Of a DNA stretch of 64,000 bases, positions 57,526-64,000 are shown piece by piece. The stretch is from positions 31,806 through 95,805 of the forward strand of contig CAKPLP010000001.1 in assembly GCA_934167695.1 (NCBI GenBank). Direction: 5' to 3'. The position numbers were made by a program, and so were the translations under genes. Position 1 is the first letter of the stretch. Each line of letters starts with the position of its first letter. The DNA is from an uncultured Bacilli bacterium. Lineage in GTDB: Bacteria; Bacillota_I; Bacilli_A; RF39; UBA660. The notes under the pieces were generated by a model. The model did not search any database and had not been told where the DNA came from. It worked only from the letters and a program-made list of their open reading frames with translations.

Positions 57526-59001
57526 ATGGAAAAATTAGAAATTATTAAGAATATTGCCGAAAGAACAGGCGGAGACATATATTTAGGGGTTGTTGGTGCA
57601 GTCCGTACTGGTAAAAGTACTTTTATAAAACGTGTAGTAGAAACACTAATAGTTCCTAATATAGAAGATACCTATGAGAAAAAAAGAGCATTAGACGAAG
57701 TTCCACAATCAGCACAAGGCAAAATGATTATGACAACAGAACCTAAATTTGTTCCTAATCAAGCTGCTAAAATTAAAATAGATGACTTTGATTGTAATAT
57801 CAGATTAATTGATTGTGTTGGTTACGTTATAGATAATGCCAAAGGAATCGAGGATGAAAATGGCCCAAGAATGGTAAAAACACCATGGTATGATGAAGAA
57901 ATTCCATTTATTGAAGCTGCCGAAATAGGAACAGAAAAAGTAATAAAAGATCATTCAACAATAGGAATAGTTGTAACAACAGATGGTTCAATAGGAGAAT
58001 TTAACAGAGGAGATTACCTAAATGCAGAAGAAAGAGTAATAACAGAACTAAAAAGTCTAAATAAGCCATTTATTGTTATTTTAAATACAACACATCCAAC
58101 ATTACCAGAAACAGAACGATTAGCAGAATCCATAAAAGAAAAATATGATGTTCCAGTTATGCCTATAAACGTAGAAGCAATGACAGAAATAGATATGTAT
58201 AAAATATTAAGAGAAGCTCTATATGAATTCCCAGTACTAGAAATAAAAGTAAGTATGCCAGAATGGATAGCAATATTAAATCACAACCACCCATTAAAGA
58301 AAAAATATATAGAAGCAATTAAAGAAAGTGTTGTAGAAGTAGACAAATTAAGAGATATTGAAACTATTACAAATCACTTTTTAAATTGTGAAGAAATAGA
58401 AAAATCTTATATATCAAATGTTGATCCTAAAACAGGAATCGTTACAATTACCTTAACAGCACCTAATGATTTATACGATAAGACATTAAGTGAAATAATT
58501 GATGTAGATGTAAAAAGTAAGGCAGATCTATTAGGTATCTTCCAAGAATTTAATACAGCAAAAAGAGAATACGATCAAATAAAATATGCCCTAAAAATGG
58601 TAAAACAAACAGGATATGGTATTGCAATACCATCAATACAAGATATGAAATTAGAAACGCCAGAAGTAGTAAAACAAGGGCCAAGATATGGTATAAGATT
58701 AAAAGCAGTAGCCCCTTCTATACACATGATAAAAGTTGATGTTGAATATACATTTGAACCTATTATTGGTAGTGAAACTCAATCAAAAGAGTTAATTGAT
58801 TATTTAATGAAAGATTACAAAAAAGATCCTACTTCCATTTGGCAAAGTGAACTATTTGGAAGAAGTCTAGATAATATTGTCCAAGAAGGAATACAATCAA
58901 AAATAAATATGATGCCAGACAATATTAGATTTAAATTACAACAAACACTATCAAAAGTAGTAAACAAAGGCTCAAATAATATAATTACAATCGTAATATA
59001 A
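57526..59001 (+). CDS. spoIVA: stage IV sporulation protein A (spore coat morphogenetic ATPase)
   Basis: MEKLEIIKNIAERTGGDIYLGVVGAVRTGKSTFIKRVVE is near-identical to the SpoIVA N-terminal Walker A region; 491 aa. Confidence 0.9.
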   Translation: MEKLEIIKNIAERTGGDIYLGVVGAVRTGKSTFIKRVVETLIVPNIEDTYEKKRALDEVPQSAQGKMIMTTEPKFVPNQAAKIKIDDFDCNIRLIDCVGYVIDNAKGIEDENGPRMVKTPWYDEEIPFIEAAEIGTEKVIKDHSTIGIVVTTDGSIGEFNRGDYLNAEERVITELKSLNKPFIVILNTTHPTLPETERLAESIKEKYDVPVMPINVEAMTEIDMYKILREALYEFPVLEIKVSMPEWIAILNHNHPLKKKYIEAIKESVVEVDKLRDIETITNHFLNCEEIEKSYISNVDPKTGIVTITLTAPNDLYDKTLSEIIDVDVKSKADLLGIFQEFNTAKREYDQIKYALKMVKQTGYGIAIPSIQDMKLETPEVVKQGPRYGIRLKAVAPSIHMIKVDVEYTFEPIIGSETQSKELIDYLMKDYKKDPTSIWQSELFGRSLDNIVQEGIQSKINMMPDNIRFKLQQTLSKVVNKGSNNIITIVI

Positions 59002-59003
59002 GA

Positions 59004-59468
59004 CTAGCAATAGTCTTTTTTTATATATATACATTTATCAAAATCTATCTCATCTTCAAAAACAATTTGACCCATATCAATAACCGATAAAATATTATCA
59101 ATACTATCTAAATCAACATAATAATTATCATTATAGAAAATAATATTAGAAACATCGCTTATATATGAAATGTCACTAGTTTTTAAATACATTTCCTTAT
59201 TGAAAATAACCATAACTCTAAATTCAATATCACTTCCATCATAATTATCATCATCAAGCTTAATAACTTCAATAAAAACACCAACCTCATGTGGATATAT
59301 TTTTATTTTATAAAAACCCTTTAATTGCACTTTATAATACTTTTTAACTTTTAAAATAATATCCCTAATACTCTCTTCTATTGTAGATTTACTATCCCAA
59401 ATAACATCCTTAAAATAAATATTATTTAAAAATATATTTATGCCATCATTATTTTCTTCTACCTTCAT
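59004..59468 (-). CDS. hypothetical acidic protein
   Basis: 154 aa with no confident motif; there is weak resemblance to adaptor-like proteins. Confidence 0.35.
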   Translation of the reverse strand: MKVEENNDGINIFLNNIYFKDVIWDSKSTIEESIRDIILKVKKYYKVQLKGFYKIKIYPHEVGVFIEVIKLDDDNYDGSDIEFRVMVIFNKEMYLKTSDISYISDVSNIIFYNDNYYVDLDSIDNILSVIDMGQIVFEDEIDFDKCIYIKKDYC

Positions 59469-59500
59469 ATTATCACCTAAAATATAATATGAAAAAAAGA

Positions 59501-60094
59501 CTAAATAGTTTCATCTACTAGTCCTTCTATTTTTTTCAAAGTTTCATCTCTTCCTAGTTTAGTAACACTTGAGAAAACAATAATATCATCCCCTACTACT
59601 AAATCTATAGTATCCATAATTTGTTTTAAACATCTTTCCTTTTTACTACCACCAACTTTATCAGCTTTAGTAGCAATAATAGTAACAGGCAAATTATAAT
59701 ACTTTAAAAAATTATACATAAGAATATCATCTTCCGTAGGTTTTATCCTAAAATCAACAAGCATAAAAACTCTTTTTAACTGTTGCCTTTTTTGAAGATA
59801 CTCCTCTATCATCATTCCAAACTTTTCTTGAACTTTCTTTGAAACACTCGCATAGCCATACCCCGGTACATCTATCAAATAAAAATTTTTATTTATCAAA
59901 TAAAAGTTTAAAGTTTGAGTTTTCCCTGGTCTTGCAGAAGTATAAGCAAGATTCTTCCTACCAAGAACAGTATTAATAAAACTACTTTTTCCAACATTAC
60001 TTCTTCCTACTAATAAAAATTCAGGTAATCCACCATCAGGATATTGACTTCTTCTAGTAGCAAGTATTTCTAAATCAGCACTTTTAATTACCAT
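59501..60094 (-). CDS. engB: ribosome-biogenesis GTPase EngB (YsxC/YihA)
   Basis: G1 GRSNVGKSSFIN, G3 DVPGYG and G4 TKADK motifs. Confidence 0.85.
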   Translation of the reverse strand: MVIKSADLEILATRRSQYPDGGLPEFLLVGRSNVGKSSFINTVLGRKNLAYTSARPGKTQTLNFYLINKNFYLIDVPGYGYASVSKKVQEKFGMMIEEYLQKRQQLKRVFMLVDFRIKPTEDDILMYNFLKYYNLPVTIIATKADKVGGSKKERCLKQIMDTIDLVVGDDIIVFSSVTKLGRDETLKKIEGLVDETI

Positions 60095-60097
60095 ATT

Positions 60098-61054
60098 TTA
60101 CTCTCCTAACTCGTTAACTTTAATATATTCTTCACAAGTTTTATCTAAATCATGAATAATACTATGAGCTTCCTCAAAAGTTGCTACTTTAACACCACTA
60201 GCAAATTTATGGCCACCACCATTATGGTTTTCAGCAACCTTATTAATTTCTGGTCCACGTGATCTAATCGAAATCCTAATTTGACCATTTTTAACATCCT
60301 CTGTAATAGTAACCCAAACTAAAACTTCTTTTATAAAGTTAAAATTATTAACCATATTTCCAGCAGCTGCACTATCTACCTTAAATTTTGATTGAATATC
60401 ATCAGTAATATCAATATATGCAACTCCATTATCAGTAACAATCATATTTTGAGCAATGTATCCCTCTAATCTAACTTCATTAAGATCCCTCAAATATAAA
60501 TTTTGATAAACTTCACTAATATCAAATGGATAACTTTCTAAATATTTAGAAACTAAATCAAAAGTTTTAGAGGTACTACTAGTAAATAAGAAACGATTAG
60601 AGTCACTAATCAAACCATAATAGAGTACCTTAGCAATTTCATTATTACAAGTCAACTTAGTATTAAGAAGTAAATCCATTATAATTTGACTAGCGCTAGA
60701 AGCAGTATCCTCTATATATTCAATACCCCCAAAATCTTCTATAAAAGGATGATGATCAATTTTTATGACATAATCAAAATTTTCAGGTCTAGCAGAATCA
60801 ATTCTCTTTATATCAGGAGTATCAACTACAATTAATAAAGCATTATCATAACTTTCCAACTTATCAAGTTTACCAATATATGAAAATCTACTAGTTCCCA
60901 TTCCAATCGCATAAACTTTTTTATTAGGAAAAGTTAACTTAATAGAATCTCTCAAAGCAATCTGACTAGCAAGAGCATCAGGATCGACACCAACATGTCT
61001 AGCAATAACGATCGTATCGTATTTCTTAATTATCTTATATATTTGTTTAAACAT
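60098..61054 (-). CDS. nrnA: DHH/DHHA1 phosphoesterase (NrnA-like nanoRNase/pAp phosphatase)
   Basis: DHH motifs (IARHVGVDPDALAS...DHH) and a C-terminal DHHA1 motif GGGH. Confidence 0.75.
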   Translation of the reverse strand: MFKQIYKIIKKYDTIVIARHVGVDPDALASQIALRDSIKLTFPNKKVYAIGMGTSRFSYIGKLDKLESYDNALLIVVDTPDIKRIDSARPENFDYVIKIDHHPFIEDFGGIEYIEDTASSASQIIMDLLLNTKLTCNNEIAKVLYYGLISDSNRFLFTSSTSKTFDLVSKYLESYPFDISEVYQNLYLRDLNEVRLEGYIAQNMIVTDNGVAYIDITDDIQSKFKVDSAAAGNMVNNFNFIKEVLVWVTITEDVKNGQIRISIRSRGPEINKVAENHNGGGHKFASGVKVATFEEAHSIIHDLDKTCEEYIKVNELGE

Positions 61055-61067
61055 CTAATCATCCATT

Positions 61068-62249
61068 CTAATTACCAAGAAGTCTAAGTGTATCACGAGC
61101 AATCATTAACTCTTCATCAGTTGGAACAACATATACTGAGACACTAGAATCATCTGAACTAATTTTAGCAAATTCACCATGAATATTGTTCTTTTCTAAA
61201 TCCAATTTTACACCTAAACAAGCTAAATTTTCACAAACTTTTTGACGGAAAGGAATACTATTTTCACCTACTCCAGCAGTAAAGCAAATAACATCTGCTC
61301 CACCTAATTCTACATAATAACTAGCAATATAATTAGTAACACTACGACAATATTTATTAAAAGCTAATAAACATTTTTCATCACCAGAATTCATTCCATC
61401 AATAATATCTCTCATATCACTACTTTTTTCACTAATACCAAGAAGACCACTCTGTTTATTTAAAGAATCTACAACCTCACTAGCATTCATTCCCTCTTTT
61501 TCCATAACATATGGAATAATTGAAGAATCAATATCCCCACTACGAGTTCCCATAATAATACCAGCAAGTGGAGTAAATCCCATAGTAGTATTTACACATT
61601 TACCATCTTTAATAGCTGAAATACTACCACCGTTACCAATATGACAGTTAATAATTTTTAAATCATTTCTACCAAGTTTATTAGTAAGAAACTCTGTAAT
61701 ATAACGATGACTAGTACCATGAAAACCATATTTACGAACTCCATAATTCCTATACCAATCATAAGGAACTGCATATAAATAATTTTCACTATTCATAGTT
61801 TGATGAAAAGCAGTATCAAAAACTCCAACCATTTTTACATTAGGTAATGCCTCACGAAAAGCATTAATTCCAAGAACATTGGCAGGATTATGAAGTGGAG
61901 CAAAATCTTTAAAATCAAGTAAATCCTGAACAACTTCATCAGTAATAACAACAGACTCACTATATTTATCCTTACCATGAACAAGACGATGTCCAACACC
62001 ATCAATTTCATCTAATGAACTAATAATACCTAAACTTAAAAGTCTATCTAATAAAATATGAACAGCATCAGTATGATCCTTCATCTCTATCTCCTGTTCA
62101 ATTTTTTGTCCATTAAACTTAATAATACAGTTACTATTTTCTATACCTATTCTCTCAAATAAGCCACTAACAATTACCTCTTCAGTATCCATATTAAATA
62201 AACTAAACTTTAATGAACTACTTCCTGCATTAATAGACATTATTTTCAT
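61068..62249 (-). CDS. ackA: acetate/propionate-family kinase, paralog 1
   Basis: An MKIMSINAGSSSLKFSLF N-terminus and conserved ASKHGK-family blocks (HRLVHGKDKY, FDTAFHQT, HIGNGGSISA). Confidence 0.8.
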   Translation of the reverse strand: MKIMSINAGSSSLKFSLFNMDTEEVIVSGLFERIGIENSNCIIKFNGQKIEQEIEMKDHTDAVHILLDRLLSLGIISSLDEIDGVGHRLVHGKDKYSESVVITDEVVQDLLDFKDFAPLHNPANVLGINAFREALPNVKMVGVFDTAFHQTMNSENYLYAVPYDWYRNYGVRKYGFHGTSHRYITEFLTNKLGRNDLKIINCHIGNGGSISAIKDGKCVNTTMGFTPLAGIIMGTRSGDIDSSIIPYVMEKEGMNASEVVDSLNKQSGLLGISEKSSDMRDIIDGMNSGDEKCLLAFNKYCRSVTNYIASYYVELGGADVICFTAGVGENSIPFRQKVCENLACLGVKLDLEKNNIHGEFAKISSDDSSVSVYVVPTDEELMIARDTLRLLGN

Positions 62250-62333
62250 ATATTTATCCCTCTTTTCTAATAGTCTATTATATTATACTATATTTACACC
62301 TTTTTTCAAAGTCTAAAATAAAAAAGAAAAGAA

Positions 62334-62588
62334 CTAATTGTTCTCTTCATCAGATAAATATTCCTGTATATCTTGCCATTCTTGATCAGTTAAATCAAAC
62401 AAAGTATTTATACCATTATTATTTTCAACTCTCAAAGTATAAACCAATATATTATCACTATCATCTTCCTCGTTTTTAGTATAAACAATATAATGTGAAC
62501 CTTCAACACTTTCAAGTTCAGTTACTAATTCTACTTTTTCTTCACTACCATCATCATTAGTAATTGTAATTATTTTATCATCATCCAT
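62334..62588 (-). CDS. DUF1292/YrzB-like small acidic protein
   Basis: 84 aa; the pattern ITITNDDGSEEKVELV...YIVY resembles the UPF0473 family. Confidence 0.45.
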   Translation of the reverse strand: MDDDKIITITNDDGSEEKVELVTELESVEGSHYIVYTKNEEDDSDNILVYTLRVENNNGINTLFDLTDQEWQDIQEYLSDEENN

Positions 62589-62598
62589 AAAATCACCA

Positions 62599-63789
62599 TT
62601 AATTAGAAGCTAATTGATAAGTATCTTTAGCAATCATCAACTCTTCATCCGTTGCCATAACATATACTGGAATTGAACTATCATCAGCAGTAATAAGTCC
62701 TTCAACACCTTTTCTTACAATAGTATTTTTATTTTTAATAGGATCAATAATAACTCCAAGTGGAGATAATTTCTTTAATACCTCACTTCTTATTATATCA
62801 TCATTTTCTCCACCACCAGCAGTAAAACAAATTGCATCAATACCATCTAAAAGTAAATAATAATTAGCAATATAATTAGCAATTCTTCTAGTATACATAT
62901 CAATAGCTAATTTAACCTTTCTATCATTAGCAATAAAAGCCCTATCTATATCCCTTAAATCACTCATTCCTGTAATACCTTGAAGTCCACTCTTTTTATT
63001 TAAAATATCATCTACTTCTTTATAAGAAAGATTCTCCTTCTTCATAACATATCCAATAATACTATAATCAATATCACCAGATCTAGTTCCCATCATAATA
63101 CCAGCATTTGGAGTAAATCCCATAGAAGTATCAATACATTTTCCATCTTTAATAGCTGATATGCTTGCACCATTTCCAATATGACAAACAACTAAATTAA
63201 ACTTCTCTTTATTTAGTAATTTACTCATTTTCATACTAATATATTTATGACTAAGTCCATGAAAACCATACTTACGAATATCATATTTCACATACCACTC
63301 ATAAGGAATTGAATATAAGTAATTTTCCTCAGGAATACTTTGATGAAATGCTGTATCAAAACATACTACTTCTAAAGCATTAGGAATAGCAGTCATAAAA
63401 GCAGAAATACCAACTAAAGCAGCCGGATTATGAAGTGGAGCAAAATCTTTAATATGTTCAATCTCAGAAAGTACCCTTTCAGTTACAACAACACTATTAC
63501 TATACTTATTACCACCATGAACAACTCTATGTCCAACAGCTTCAATTTCATTCATTGACGAAATAACACCATTATTTAACAACTGATCAAGTAACATATT
63601 AACTGCATCTTGATGATTATTCAAAACAACTTTACCTTGAACCTTATTATCCCCTATTCTAATACTATAATTACTATTAACAGAACCTATTTGTTCAAAA
63701 CTACCTTTCATTAACACCTTTTCATCAGGCATTTCATAAAGCCTAAACTTTAAGGTAGAACTACCAGAATTTATCGCTAATAATTTCAT
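62599..63789 (-). CDS. acetate/propionate-family kinase, paralog 2 (possibly another short-chain acid kinase)
   Basis: MKLLAINSGSSTLKFRLY, HRVVHGGNKY, FDTAFHQS and HIGNGASISA. By eye it is roughly 50% identical to paralog 1. Confidence 0.75.
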   Translation of the reverse strand: MKLLAINSGSSTLKFRLYEMPDEKVLMKGSFEQIGSVNSNYSIRIGDNKVQGKVVLNNHQDAVNMLLDQLLNNGVISSMNEIEAVGHRVVHGGNKYSNSVVVTERVLSEIEHIKDFAPLHNPAALVGISAFMTAIPNALEVVCFDTAFHQSIPEENYLYSIPYEWYVKYDIRKYGFHGLSHKYISMKMSKLLNKEKFNLVVCHIGNGASISAIKDGKCIDTSMGFTPNAGIMMGTRSGDIDYSIIGYVMKKENLSYKEVDDILNKKSGLQGITGMSDLRDIDRAFIANDRKVKLAIDMYTRRIANYIANYYLLLDGIDAICFTAGGGENDDIIRSEVLKKLSPLGVIIDPIKNKNTIVRKGVEGLITADDSSIPVYVMATDEELMIAKDTYQLASN

Positions 63790-63826
63790 AAAAGCCTCCT
63801 ATAGCACAAGAGTACAAAACAAACAT

Positions 63827-64000
63827 CTATTTGTCAAGACTATTAATATCTTTTAAATGAAATAATAAATGACCATTTAAAAGCATTAAATCATAATAAA
63901 TCTTAGTAAGATTTTGATCTTCACTATCACTATTAGAATCATCATAACCTATAAATTTATTTTTAATAGGATCATTATTAAGTGAAGAAAACTTTTTAAG
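63827..64000 (-). CDS. 3' end of an unidentified gene running off the window
   Basis: An open frame of 57 codons ending at a TAG at 63827..63829; the product is unknown. Confidence 0.25.
   Translation of the reverse strand, partial: LKKFSSLNNDPIKNKFIGYDDSNSDSEDQNLTKIYYDLMLLNGHLLFHLKDINSLDK

Noticed and set aside
1-64000. Search for CRISPR arrays, tRNA/rRNA genes and IS elements
   Set aside because: I found no regularly spaced short repeats, no tRNA T-arm/acceptor signatures (GGTTCGAATCC-like) and no rRNA-like GC-rich blocks. The only transposition- or recombination-related gene is the serine recombinase. The only tandem repeat is the 474-bp pair, which is not CRISPR-like.

Overview
This is a very AT-rich chromosomal segment from a low-GC Firmicute. 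Its sporulation genes are arranged as in Clostridia: a dacF-like DD-carboxypeptidase gene, then mtnN, then a spoIIAA-like STAS gene, a sigF-like sigma factor gene split across two reading frames, and spoVAC-spoVAD. Three Spo0A boxes lie in front of the STAS/sigma operon, and spoVIF, spoIVA and tiny YjcZ-family genes are also present. Most of the window is conserved housekeeping: sufCDSUB, pdp, ffh/ylxM/ftsY, rnjA, rny, murE, recA, pgsA, the gpsB-rnpB-recU-ponA block, nth-dnaD, cca, hbs, der, engB, nrnA and two acetate-kinase paralogs. I found RNase P RNA (rnpB) hidden under spurious ORFs; I found no tRNA, rRNA or CRISPR.

The accessory or unusual content is:
- a tandem ~474-bp direct repeat with a 113-nt, GC-rich, almost perfectly conserved core that is probably a structured RNA, between the suf region and a K/N-rich gene;
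- a sortase plus two paralogous thioester-domain surface adhesins whose sorting signals resemble VPNTA;
- a large serine recombinase with two small cargo genes between rpoZ and mgtA, which may be an integrated element;
- an 860-aa HerA/FtsK-superfamily ATPase with a ~280-aa acidic disordered tail, inserted into the otherwise conserved ftsY-ylxM-ffh operon.

The ORF track uses GTG/TTG as alternative starts, so I moved several starts to the first ATG that has a ribosome-binding site.
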